NCBI GenBank assembly: GCA_018402295.1
Contig: JAGYJI010000005.1
Coordinates: 77,067 to 141,066, forward strand
From: Pontimonas sp.
Lineage (GTDB): Bacteria > Actinomycetota > Actinomycetes > Actinomycetales > Microbacteriaceae
DNA length: 64,000 bases
Direction: 5' to 3'
Position 1 is the stretch's first letter; each line of letters begins with the position of its first letter. The position numbers were made by a program, and so were the translations under genes. The notes below the pieces were generated by a model. It was not told the origin of the DNA, made no database searches, and saw only the letters and a list, made by a program, of their open reading frames with translations. Below are positions 1-9,371 of this stretch, piece by piece.

Positions 1-218
1 CCAAAGCCCGCAATCTCTTTCTCCAGAACCAGCACTCTGGTGGTGGGGGATTGCTCCACCAGAGACAGTGCCATCCAGAGCCCGGTATACCCGGCACCCA
101 TGATGATGACATCCCAGTGCGCGGAGCGCTCAGCAGGGCTGAGAGATGACCGTGGCTGGAGGTCATCTCCCACGCCCTCATGCCAGAGCGACAGGCTTCG
201 GTAGTCCGTCACGGACAC
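1..218 (-). CDS. FAD-dependent oxidoreductase (DAO/PuuB-like), 5' part only; runs off the window
   Basis: Manual translation from GTG at 218 or 212: TDYRSLSLWHEG...WDVIIMGAGYTGLWMA...VLVLEKEIAGFG. GxGxxG FAD motif; directly downstream of the aminotransferase. Confidence 0.8.
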   Translation of the reverse strand, partial: MSVTDYRSLSLWHEGVGDDLQPRSSLSPAERSAHWDVIIMGAGYTGLWMALSLVEQSPTTRVLVLEKEIAGF

Positions 219-1666
219 TAGATCAGCTTGGACGCCCGGGTCAGCACATCGCGCAGGATGGCTTCGATTTCGTCAAACTCCGCTGGCCCAATGGTGAGCG
301 GCGGTGCCAACTGAATCACGGGGTCTCCTCGGTCATCAGCGCGACAGTAGAGGCCTGCCTCAAAGAGTGCTTTGGAGAGGAAGCCGCGGAGCAGTTTCTC
401 GGACTCTTCATCCGTGAAGGTTTCCTTGGTCACCTTGTCCTTGACCAACTCAATGCCGAAGAAGTACCCGGCTCCTCGAACATCTCCCACAATCGGGATG
501 TCGAGCAGGCGCTCCAGTGCTGCGCGGAACTTCGGGGAGTTCTTGCGCACGTGCTCGTTGATGCCCTCTTCTTCGAAGATCTTCAGGTTCTCGAGTGCCA
601 CGGCAGCAGACACCGGGTGCCCACCGAAGGTGTAGCCGTGATAGAAGGTCGTGTCGCCCTTAGCGAAGGGCTCAAACAGCCGGTCGCTGGTGATCATCGC
701 GCCAATGGGGGAATACCCGCTGGTCATACCCTTGGCGCAGGTGATGATGTCGGGGACGTAGTCAAAAGCGTTGCAGGCGAACATCTCACCGATGCGCCCA
801 AACGCACAGATCACTTCGTCGCTGACCAGCAACACATTGTGCTTGTCACAGATCTCTCGAACCCGCTGGAAGTATCCAGGCGGTGGGGGGAAACAGCCAC
901 CGGAGTTCTGGACGGGCTCCAAGAACACGGCGGCAACGGTGTCGGCGCCCTCAAACTCGATCATCTCTTCGATGCGGTTCGCTGCCCACAGACCGAACTC
1001 TTCCTCGGTCCCGCCGGGGAAACCCATTTCTTCGGCGCGGTAGTAGTTCGTGTTGGGAACACGGAAACCACCGGGGGTGAGGGGTTCGAACATGGCTTTC
1101 ATGGAGGGAATTCCCGTGATGGCCAACGCTCCCTGAGGTGTCCCGTGGTAGGCCACGAAGCGGGAAATAACTTTGTGCTTCATGGGGTGACCCATGAGCT
1201 TCCAATACTGTTTTGCCAGTTTGAATGCACTCTCGACAGCTTCACCACCACCGGTGGTGAAGAAGACCTTGTTGAGATCACCCGGTGCGTAGTCGGCCAG
1301 CTTGTCCGCCAGCTCAATGGCGGCTGGGTGAGCGTAGGACCAGAGCGGGAAGAATGCGAGCTCCTCTGCTTGCTTCCTGGCCACCTCGGCGAGACGAGCT
1401 CGTCCGTGACCGGCGTTGACCACGAACAAACCGGAAAGACCATCGATGTAGCGCTTGCCCTTGTCATCCCAGATGTGGTGCCCGTTGCCTTTGACGATGA
1501 CGGGGACGTCAGCGCCGCCCGAGAGAGGGCCCTGACGGGTGAAGTGCATCCAGAGGTGGTCGCGGGCTTTGTCCTGCAGCGTCTCTGGTTTCTTGCCGCG
1601 CTTCGCCTTCTTCGGCGTGAGGTGCTTCAGCGGTGTCTTCAGTTTCAGTTTGTCGATAATCGTCAT
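218..1666 (-). CDS. Class III PLP aminotransferase, likely putrescine/omega-amine:pyruvate type
   Basis: YIDGLSGLF, TTGGGEAVESA, SDEVICAFGR and ITCAKG (PLP lysine) motifs; polyamine cluster context. Confidence 0.85.
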   Translation of the reverse strand: MTIIDKLKLKTPLKHLTPKKAKRGKKPETLQDKARDHLWMHFTRQGPLSGGADVPVIVKGNGHHIWDDKGKRYIDGLSGLFVVNAGHGRARLAEVARKQAEELAFFPLWSYAHPAAIELADKLADYAPGDLNKVFFTTGGGEAVESAFKLAKQYWKLMGHPMKHKVISRFVAYHGTPQGALAITGIPSMKAMFEPLTPGGFRVPNTNYYRAEEMGFPGGTEEEFGLWAANRIEEMIEFEGADTVAAVFLEPVQNSGGCFPPPPGYFQRVREICDKHNVLLVSDEVICAFGRIGEMFACNAFDYVPDIITCAKGMTSGYSPIGAMITSDRLFEPFAKGDTTFYHGYTFGGHPVSAAVALENLKIFEEEGINEHVRKNSPKFRAALERLLDIPIVGDVRGAGYFFGIELVKDKVTKETFTDEESEKLLRGFLSKALFEAGLYCRADDRGDPVIQLAPPLTIGPAEFDEIEAILRDVLTRASKLI

Positions 1667-2136
1667 CGTGTTCCCCAGTCGTAGTGTTCTTTTTCTAGTG
1701 ATAGGTAGGTGAAGGTTTCGGTGTCCGCGACACCCTCAATGGTGCGGATAGAGCCGTGCAGAATCTCCCTCAGTTCGTGATCATCCACACAGACAATTTC
1801 GGCCAGGATGTCAAAGCGCCCCGTGGTCAGCACGAGATAGTCCACCTGGTCAATGGCTTTCAGAGTGTTGGCAACCTTCCGGGCGTCGCCAGTCACGCGG
1901 ATACCGATCATGGCTTGGCGGTGGAACCCCAGTTGCGCGGGATCGGTGACCGCGACGATTTGCATGATGCTGGCGTCGGTGAGCTTGCTGACCCGCTGTC
2001 GAACAGCGGCTTCGCTGAGGCCTACGGCCTTGCCAATTTCGGCGTAGGACTTCCTGCCATCGCGTTGGAGCTGGCTGATGATTTCCTTCGAGGAATCATC
2101 CAGAGCCACAGCCCGGGTCGACGCTGATTTCGGCAT
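1663..2136 (-). CDS. Lrp/AsnC family transcriptional regulator
   Basis: LQRDGRKSYAEIGKAVGLSEAAVRQRV helix-turn-helix plus C-terminal RAM domain (TGRFD). Confidence 0.92.
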   Translation of the reverse strand: MPKSASTRAVALDDSSKEIISQLQRDGRKSYAEIGKAVGLSEAAVRQRVSKLTDASIMQIVAVTDPAQLGFHRQAMIGIRVTGDARKVANTLKAIDQVDYLVLTTGRFDILAEIVCVDDHELREILHGSIRTIEGVADTETFTYLSLEKEHYDWGTR

Positions 2137-2262
2137 AGTGTGATTTTCGCACTCTTTTACCGTTTATGCAATCGAAAACACACCATAACGGCAGTTTCTC
2201 AACGAAATAGTGACCCAAAGGGCCCCTAGACCTCCGGCTTCATCCTGGGTTAGGGTATCCCC

Positions 2263-3699
2263 ATGACTACACGCACACTGAAAAACTTCGTCAACGGCTC
2301 CTACGTCGAGGCCAAGGGCAAGGATGCCCTCGAGCTTGTCGACCCGGCAACAGAGGAGGTGTACGCGCACTCACCGATTTCCTCTGCAGCAGATATCGAT
2401 GCTGCCTACCAGGCAGCGCAGGCCGCTTTCGAGACCTGGGGGGACACCACACCGGGTGAGCGTCAACTAGCCCTGTTCCGCATTGCGGATGAGATGGAGA
2501 AGCGCGCGGATGAGTTTGCGGACCTCGAGTCCCAGGACACCGGAAAGCCCCGCACCACGCTCGTGGATGACGAAATCATGCTCAGCGTTGACCAGATTCG
2601 ATTCTTTGCCGGTGCGGCCAGAAACCTCGAGGGTCGAAGCGCTGGCGAATACATGGCGGATCACACCTCCATGATTCGCCGGGAGCCCATCGGCGTTGTC
2701 GGCCAGGTCACTCCCTGGAACTACCCGTTGAACATGGCGGTGTGGAAATTTGCTCCCGCGGTTGCGGCGGGAAACACCACCGTGCTGAAGCCCTCCGACA
2801 CCACTCCGCAGAGCACCCTGCTGCTGGCAGAGATTTGCTCGCTCCACCTGCCCGCCGGTGTGGTGAACGTGATCACCGGAGACCGCACCAGCGGTGCCGC
2901 GATGATTGACCACAAGATTCCGCAGATGGTGTCGATCACCGGCTCGGTTCGCGCCGGCATGGAGGTGGCGAAAGCTGCCTCGAGCGACCTCAAGCGTGTT
3001 CACCTGGAGCTCGGTGGGAAAGCACCCGTCATCGTCTTTGATGACGCTGACATCGAGAAAGCTGTCGAGGGTATTGGAACTGCCGGGTATTTCAACGCCG
3101 GTCAGGACTGCACCGCAGCCACCCGAGTCCTCGTCCACAAGGATGTCCACGACGAGTTCGTGGCCGCTCTCACGAAGTGGATTGCTGCGAACGTGCAAAC
3201 CGGTCTGCCCAGTGACCCGGACACCTTCTATGGCCCGGTCAACAACCAGAACCAGATGACCCGCGTGATGGGCATGATCGACGCTTTGCCGAAAAACGCC
3301 ACAATCGAGACCGGTGGTGTTCGCAAGGGCGACAAGGGGTACTTCATTGAACCCACCGTGGTCACCGGCTTGAAGCAAAAAGATGACGCGATTCAAACGG
3401 AGATCTTCGGACCGGTCATCACGGTGCAGCCCTTCACCCAGGAGAAGGAAGCCATGCAGATGGCCAACGATGTTCTCTACGGTTTGTCCTCCAGCGTGTG
3501 GACGAAAGACCACGGCCGCGCGATGCGCTTCGCCAAGGGCCTCGACTTCGGAGCTGTCTGGATTAACTGCCACATCCCGCTGGTGGCCGAGATGCCCCAC
3601 GGTGGTTTCAAGCACTCCGGCTATGGCAAAGACCTCTCCCAGTATGGGTTTGAGGACTACACCCGGATCAAGCACGTCATGTCGTTTATTGGAGAGTAA
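2263..3699 (+). CDS. Gamma-aminobutyraldehyde dehydrogenase (ALDH family)
   Basis: PWNYP, LELGGKAP, NAGQDC (catalytic Cys), EIFGP and AEMPHGGFKHSGYGKDLS motifs. Confidence 0.88.
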   Translation: MTTRTLKNFVNGSYVEAKGKDALELVDPATEEVYAHSPISSAADIDAAYQAAQAAFETWGDTTPGERQLALFRIADEMEKRADEFADLESQDTGKPRTTLVDDEIMLSVDQIRFFAGAARNLEGRSAGEYMADHTSMIRREPIGVVGQVTPWNYPLNMAVWKFAPAVAAGNTTVLKPSDTTPQSTLLLAEICSLHLPAGVVNVITGDRTSGAAMIDHKIPQMVSITGSVRAGMEVAKAASSDLKRVHLELGGKAPVIVFDDADIEKAVEGIGTAGYFNAGQDCTAATRVLVHKDVHDEFVAALTKWIAANVQTGLPSDPDTFYGPVNNQNQMTRVMGMIDALPKNATIETGGVRKGDKGYFIEPTVVTGLKQKDDAIQTEIFGPVITVQPFTQEKEAMQMANDVLYGLSSSVWTKDHGRAMRFAKGLDFGAVWINCHIPLVAEMPHGGFKHSGYGKDLSQYGFEDYTRIKHVMSFIGE

Positions 3700-3719
3700 G
3701 GACAACACCGTAAAAGAGA

Positions 3720-3735
3720 GTTACCAGGCTGTAAC
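3720..3735 (+). promoter_or_regulatory. Candidate GlnR box GTTAC-N6-GTAAC upstream of a TAGTAT -10 element (3768-3773)
   Basis: Matches the actinobacterial GTNAC-N6-G(A/T)AAC pattern; precedes a nitrogen-source transporter. Confidence 0.45.
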
Positions 3736-3819
3736 ACTCGGCGTCCTCAAACGCTGTGTGGGAGGTCTAGTATCAAAACAACCCTTGTGCACCAGCACGT
3801 TAGTGAATGAAGGAGTTCA

Positions 3820-5034
3820 ATGATGAATCGCCCACTTCCCCAGGACCCCATGGTCCGCAGCCTCGTCAAGATGGCCCGCACATCACAGCTGTCGAGGCGT
3901 TCGTTCCTCGCCGGAGCTGGTGGTGGTGCCGTGGCACTCGGATTGTCCGCGTGTGCTGCTGGTAGCAACTTGACCGCCGCTGAAGACATCTCAGCCTCTG
4001 ACCCCACGCTGAACTGGTCCAACTGGCCGTTCTACATCGACGAAGACGACGACGGCAACTACCCCACCTTGGTGCGTTTCCAAGAGCAGACCGGCATTGC
4101 CGTCAACTACATGGTCGACTACGACGACAACAACACCTACTACGCCAAGGTTCGCGATCAGCTTCAGCTGGGTCAGGACATCGGGGCGGACATTGTTGTT
4201 CCCACCGAGTGGATGGCTGCCCGTTGGGGTCAGCTCGGTTTCGTTCAGGAACTGAACGAGTCCAACATCCCCAATAAGGCCAACGTCGTGGACTCTCTTG
4301 CTAACCCAGGATGGGATCCCGGTCGCAAAATGAGCCTCCCCTGGCAGGGTGGTTTTGCTGGTTTGGCCTACAACACCGAGAAGGTCGGTGAAATCCGCAC
4401 TGTCGAGGACCTCTGGGCTCCCGAGCTGAAGGGCCGCGTGGTGGTTCTCTCCGAGATGCGCGACACCGTCGGTCTGCTCATGATGGCCAACGGGGTTGAC
4501 ATTTCCTCTGACTGGGGTGCCGACGAATTCAACGCGGCACTTGACGTCCTGCGGGAGCAAGTTGAGGCTGGTCAGATTCGTAACGTGCGAGGCAACTCGT
4601 ACACCGAAGACCTCGTCAATGAGGATGCACTGGTGGCCATCGGCTGGTCTGGTGACATCACGCTGATCAACTTCGAGAACGGCTACGACGACGGTGAGAA
4701 GTGGAGATTTGTCATTCCCGAGTCTGGCGCCACCATTTGGAACGACACCATGGTCGTACCCATTGGTTCACCGCGCAAAGCCAACGCAGAGGCTCTCATG
4801 AACTACTACTACGAGCCTGAGGTTGCTGCCGAGGTTGCCGCATGGGTGAACTACGTGACCCCGGTGAAGGGTGCTTACGAAGCCGCCATGGAGATTGACC
4901 CCGAACTGGCTGAGAACAAGATGATCTTCCCCGATGAGGCAACACTGTCTCAGGTGAAGGCCTTCCGCACTCTCACCTCTGACGAGGACAACGAGTACCA
5001 GGCGGCCTTCCAGGCAATCGCACTCGGTGCCTAG
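3820..5034 (+). CDS. potD: Spermidine/putrescine ABC transporter substrate-binding lipoprotein (Tat-exported)
   Basis: SRRSFL twin-arginine motif, LSAC lipobox, NW..YID and WSGD motifs of the PotD/PotF family. Confidence 0.85.
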   Translation: MMNRPLPQDPMVRSLVKMARTSQLSRRSFLAGAGGGAVALGLSACAAGSNLTAAEDISASDPTLNWSNWPFYIDEDDDGNYPTLVRFQEQTGIAVNYMVDYDDNNTYYAKVRDQLQLGQDIGADIVVPTEWMAARWGQLGFVQELNESNIPNKANVVDSLANPGWDPGRKMSLPWQGGFAGLAYNTEKVGEIRTVEDLWAPELKGRVVVLSEMRDTVGLLMMANGVDISSDWGADEFNAALDVLREQVEAGQIRNVRGNSYTEDLVNEDALVAIGWSGDITLINFENGYDDGEKWRFVIPESGATIWNDTMVVPIGSPRKANAEALMNYYYEPEVAAEVAAWVNYVTPVKGAYEAAMEIDPELAENKMIFPDEATLSQVKAFRTLTSDEDNEYQAAFQAIALGA

Positions 5035-5052
5035 TCACTAAGGGTCGACGAC

Positions 5053-6264
5053 GTGATGTCTGACGCTTCAGCAAAACAGTTTGCGGAGGCGGGTGCCGAC
5101 CTGTCCCTGGTGAGGGTTACTAAACGCTTTCCAGGGTTCACGGCAATTGATGACCTCACGTTGGAGATACCCGCAGGTTCCTTCTTTGCCCTGCTCGGGC
5201 CAAGCGGTTGTGGGAAAACCACGACGCTTCGGCTCGTAGCAGGGCTGGAGGAGCCCACCGAGGGCCAGATTCTGATTGGCGGGAAAGACGTCACCGCCAC
5301 CAAGGCGTATCAGCGCCCGGTGAATACGGTGTTCCAGTCCTACGCACTATTCCCCCACATGACAATCCTCGAAAACGTCATGTTTGGGTTGAGGCGTCGC
5401 AAAATTGCCGATGCTGAGAAGCTGGCGCGCGATGCACTTGCTCTGGTGGAGCTCGCTCACGTTGCCACCAGAAAGCCCTCGCAACTCTCCGGAGGCCAGC
5501 AGCAGCGCGTTGCGCTGGCCCGCGCCGTCGTGAATCGCCCGGCGCTCCTGCTTCTCGATGAGCCCCTGGGCGCCCTGGATCTCAAGTTGCGTCGCCAGAT
5601 GCAGCTCGAGCTGAAAGACATCCAGTCCGAGGTTGGTTTGACCTTCCTCCACGTCACCCACGACCAGGAGGAGGCCATGACCATGGCCGACACTGTCGCG
5701 GTGATGAACCAGGGCCGGATTGAGCAAATGGGTGCTCCTGAGGAGCTCTATGAGTCGCCCCAAACAGCGTTCGTGGCGACCTTCCTCGGCCAGTCAAACC
5801 TCTTCGGAGGCACCGTCTCTGGCACCACAGCGAACGTGGTGAGCGTTCAGGCCGCAGGGTATGAGCTCCGGGTTCCGAGCAATCGCGCTGTTGCTCACCG
5901 AGGAGTGGTGAGCGTCGGTATTCGACCGGAGAAGGTCACCCTGCACCAGGGCAAGCCCTCGGGTGGCTCAGACGAGACCGTCGTGGGACCTGGTCGCGTG
6001 GTGGATGCGTCCTTTAGCGGTGTGAGCACGCAGTACCTGGTCGATCTGCCAGGCCTGGGGGAGATTACGGTCTTTGCCCAAAACACCTCGCTGGGTGAGC
6101 ACGCCAAAACTGGTGACGAGGTCTACCTGTCATGGCAGGTTGCTCACGCCTTTGGTCTTGCGGATGCCCCGCCCCGGGAGGATCGTTTCCAGGCCGACAC
6201 CGACACTGCAGCCGTGGCTGTTCAAGAGCGGGAAAAGCTAGAAGCTGAACTCGAGGAGTCCTAG
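5053..6264 (+). CDS. potA: Polyamine ABC transporter ATP-binding protein
   Basis: GPSGCGKT, VNTVFQSYALFPH, LSGGQQQR, LLLDEP; TOBE-like C-terminus. Confidence 0.88.
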   Translation: MMSDASAKQFAEAGADLSLVRVTKRFPGFTAIDDLTLEIPAGSFFALLGPSGCGKTTTLRLVAGLEEPTEGQILIGGKDVTATKAYQRPVNTVFQSYALFPHMTILENVMFGLRRRKIADAEKLARDALALVELAHVATRKPSQLSGGQQQRVALARAVVNRPALLLLDEPLGALDLKLRRQMQLELKDIQSEVGLTFLHVTHDQEEAMTMADTVAVMNQGRIEQMGAPEELYESPQTAFVATFLGQSNLFGGTVSGTTANVVSVQAAGYELRVPSNRAVAHRGVVSVGIRPEKVTLHQGKPSGGSDETVVGPGRVVDASFSGVSTQYLVDLPGLGEITVFAQNTSLGEHAKTGDEVYLSWQVAHAFGLADAPPREDRFQADTDTAAVAVQEREKLEAELEES

Positions 6265-7190
6265 TGGCTTTTGGAGCTTTTCAAACAGCAGCCCCTGCGG
6301 GAGGGCAGGCTCCTGTTGCCCAGGTTCAGAAGAAATCTCCGGTGGCCCTGTGGTTGTTGCTGCCGGGGATTTTGTATCTCATTCTGTTCTTTGTCACGCC
6401 ACTGTTTTCCCTGGTGATCACCAGTTTCCAGGCACCGGTTCCCGGCGGGTTTCTGGGTGAGTTTCAGACCGCCTTCCGGTGGGAGAACTATGCAGAAGTG
6501 GTCTCCACCTACTTCTCCCATATTTCTCGCTCCTTTATCTACGCGACATTGGCCACCATTTTTGCCCTGCTCCTGGGCTATCCCATCGCCTATGTGATCG
6601 GGGTGAAGCTGCGGAAATATCCGCTTCTGCAGGCACTGTCGCTGGTTCTCCTGATCGCCCCGTTCTTCATCTCCTTCTTGCTTCGCACTCTGGCGTGGAA
6701 GCAGATTTTCTCCGATGAGGGGTTCCTGGTGGGGGTCTTGAAAACCTTCCAACTCATTCCCTCCGATGCCTACCTCACCGGCACACCGTTCTCCGTGGTC
6801 TTTGGTTTGACCTACATGTTCCTGCCCTTTATGGCGCTTCCGATTTACACGACCCTGGAGAAGCTGGACCTTCGCTATGTCGAGGCGGGTGAAGACCTCT
6901 ACGCCAACCCGTTCACGGTGTTTCGCACGATTACCTTCCCGCTCTCCATCCCCGGCGTGATTTCGGGAACCCTGCTCACCTTCATCCCCGCCACCGGTGA
7001 TTACATCAACGCGAGCCGCGACTTCCTTGGCTCCACGGACACGGCGATGATGGGAAATGTCATCGAGGCCAACTTCCTGGTCCTCCAGAACTTCCCCGCA
7101 GCAGCGGCACTGTCGCTGATTCTGATGGCGTCCATCTTGGTTCTGGTGTCCGCGTATGTGAGGCGAAGCGGAACGGATGACCTGCTATGA
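6264..7190 (+). CDS. potB: Polyamine ABC transporter permease
   Basis: Multiple TM segments, EAA-like loop (EAGEDLYA), operon position. Confidence 0.83.
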   Translation: MAFGAFQTAAPAGGQAPVAQVQKKSPVALWLLLPGILYLILFFVTPLFSLVITSFQAPVPGGFLGEFQTAFRWENYAEVVSTYFSHISRSFIYATLATIFALLLGYPIAYVIGVKLRKYPLLQALSLVLLIAPFFISFLLRTLAWKQIFSDEGFLVGVLKTFQLIPSDAYLTGTPFSVVFGLTYMFLPFMALPIYTTLEKLDLRYVEAGEDLYANPFTVFRTITFPLSIPGVISGTLLTFIPATGDYINASRDFLGSTDTAMMGNVIEANFLVLQNFPAAAALSLILMASILVLVSAYVRRSGTDDLL

Positions 7191-7984
7191 GGGGTTTTGG
7201 CAAGTACCTGCTCTGGATTTACACGGGGATGGCGATGGTGTTCCTGCTCATCCCGATTGTCTACACCATCGTCTTTTCGTTCAATGATTCCCGGCGCACC
7301 AACATCATTTGGCGTGGTTTCACCTTCGATAACTGGCTGGATGTCTGTAATGCGCAGGATGTCTGTTCTGCGTTTGGGAACTCGATCCTCGTCGCTGCTG
7401 TCGCCACAGTCCTCGCAACAGCCATGGGGACTGCAATAGCGATTGCGCTGGTGCGCTATCGATTCCGGTTCCGCAACTCCACCACCCTGTTGCTCTTCCT
7501 GCCCATGGCCACGCCGGAGGTTGTGTTGGGCGCAGGGCTTGCGGCACAGTTCCTGCAACTCGGTGTCCAAAAAGGCCTGCCCACGGTCATCATCGCTCAC
7601 ACCATGTTCTGCATCAGCTTCGTCGTGGTGACCGTGCGAGCACGGGTCGCGGTCCTCGACCCCGCCCTCGAAGAGGCGGGCCGCGACCTCTATGGGTCAC
7701 CCGCCCAGGTCTTCTGGCGAGTCACGTTCCCACTGCTCATCCCCGGCATCATGGCCGCAGCGCTGTTGTCCTTTGCGCTGAGTTTCGATGACTTCATCAT
7801 CACCAACTTCAACGCGGGTCCCGCGATGACCTTCCCCCGTTTTGTCTATACGGCAGCGGCTCGAGGAATTCCTGCGGAAGCCAATGTGATTGCCTCTGCT
7901 GTGTTCTTCGCGGCCATCATCCTCGTTCTCATTGCTCAGGTCAGCGGCGCCATTAAGCGCAAAAGGCTCACGCTCGCTGGTTAG
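7187..7984 (+). CDS. potC: Polyamine ABC transporter permease
   Basis: FSFND, LEEAGRDL and SFDDF motifs; ATGA overlap with potB. Confidence 0.85.
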   Translation: MRGFGKYLLWIYTGMAMVFLLIPIVYTIVFSFNDSRRTNIIWRGFTFDNWLDVCNAQDVCSAFGNSILVAAVATVLATAMGTAIAIALVRYRFRFRNSTTLLLFLPMATPEVVLGAGLAAQFLQLGVQKGLPTVIIAHTMFCISFVVVTVRARVAVLDPALEEAGRDLYGSPAQVFWRVTFPLLIPGIMAAALLSFALSFDDFIITNFNAGPAMTFPRFVYTAAARGIPAEANVIASAVFFAAIILVLIAQVSGAIKRKRLTLAG

Positions 7985-8018
7985 ACCCTCCACCCGATAG
8001 CCATGAAGGGACACTGTA

Positions 8019-9371
8019 ATGTCTGTTGACCGCACCCGTCTCACGCGTCTGGTGGCCGACGAGGTTGCCCGGTTTGAAGCCGAGCGACCACACTCGAAAG
8101 CGCAGTTTGAGGTTGCCAAGAGTCGGATGCCCGATGGTGTTCCGATGCTCTGGATGGCCAAGTGGCCAGGACCCTGGCCCGTCTATGTGGAGAGCGCGAA
8201 GGGCGCGCACTTCACCTGTGTGGATGGAATCGACCACGTTGACCTGTGTTTGGGTGACACCGGAGCGATGGTGGGGCACTCACCGGACCCGACGGTTCGG
8301 GCGGTCACTGCCCAGCTCGCCAAGGGCATCACCACCATGCTGCCCACCGAGGATGCAGCAATTGTGGCGGGCATGCTGGCGGATCGCTTTGGGGTGCCGA
8401 TGTGGCAGTTCACTCTGACCGCTACCGATGCCAACCGCGCCATGATCCGCTATTCACGCCAGGTGACCGGGAAGAGCAAAGTCCTGGTCATGGACTACTG
8501 CTACCACGGCAGTGTTGACGAAACCTTTGCCACCCTGGATGACCAGGGCTCGGTGGTGGAGCGTCGCGGAAACATTGGTGCTCCGGTGGACCCCGATGCG
8601 ACCACCGTTGTGGTTCCCTTCAACGATGTGGCCGCTCTGGAGAAAGCTTTTGCCTCGGGAGATATTGCCTGTGCTCTGGTGGAGCCAGCGATGACGAACA
8701 TCGGCATTGTGTTGCCCGATGAGGGCTGGCACGAGGCACTGCGCGAGCTCTGCACGACGCACGGTGCAGTCCTCATCATCGATGAGACTCACACGGTGTG
8801 TGCAGGGCCCGGAGGTATGACACTGCGGGATGGCCTGAAGCCCGACGCCGTGGTGATTGGGAAAACCATTGCCGGGGGCATCCCGGCTGGCGCCTATGGC
8901 ATGACGGGTGAGCTCCAAGAGCGAGTCAGTGCCTCGATTCACCTCGAAGACATTGATGTCGGAGGAGTGGGTGGCACCCTGGCGGGGAACGCGCTTTCCT
9001 TGGCTGCCATTCGAGCAACCCTCGGGGAGGTCCTCACTCCCGAGTCCTACCCCGAGATGATTCAGCGCGCCACCGAGTGGACCGAGGGTGTTCAGACCAC
9101 CATCGATGAGTTCGGTGTTCCGTGGCAGGTGACCCAGTTGGGGACGAGGGCGGAGTACAGCTTCCTTCCGCACGCGCCCAAAGATGGGGCAGAAGCAGCA
9201 CACGCCGATGATTTTGAGCTCCAGCAGTATTTGCACCTGCACGCTCTCAACCGGGGAATTCTTCTGACCCCGTTCCACAACATGGCGTTGATGAGCCCCG
9301 CGACAACGGCTGCGGATGTTGCTGCTCACACGGCTCACTTCCGTGAGGCCGTGGCAAGCTTGTTTGCGTGA
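8019..9371 (+). CDS. Class III aminotransferase, glutamate-1-semialdehyde aminomutase-like subfamily; substrate unknown
   Basis: DLCLGDTGAMVGH, YHGSVDE, LIIDETHT and IGK (PLP lysine) motifs. Confidence 0.8.
   Translation: MSVDRTRLTRLVADEVARFEAERPHSKAQFEVAKSRMPDGVPMLWMAKWPGPWPVYVESAKGAHFTCVDGIDHVDLCLGDTGAMVGHSPDPTVRAVTAQLAKGITTMLPTEDAAIVAGMLADRFGVPMWQFTLTATDANRAMIRYSRQVTGKSKVLVMDYCYHGSVDETFATLDDQGSVVERRGNIGAPVDPDATTVVVPFNDVAALEKAFASGDIACALVEPAMTNIGIVLPDEGWHEALRELCTTHGAVLIIDETHTVCAGPGGMTLRDGLKPDAVVIGKTIAGGIPAGAYGMTGELQERVSASIHLEDIDVGGVGGTLAGNALSLAAIRATLGEVLTPESYPEMIQRATEWTEGVQTTIDEFGVPWQVTQLGTRAEYSFLPHAPKDGAEAAHADDFELQQYLHLHALNRGILLTPFHNMALMSPATTAADVAAHTAHFREAVASLFA

Noticed and set aside
2137-2250. 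Spaced CGAAA/TTTCG-like motifs as Lrp operators
   Set aside because: Plausible from context, but too degenerate to define sites by eye.
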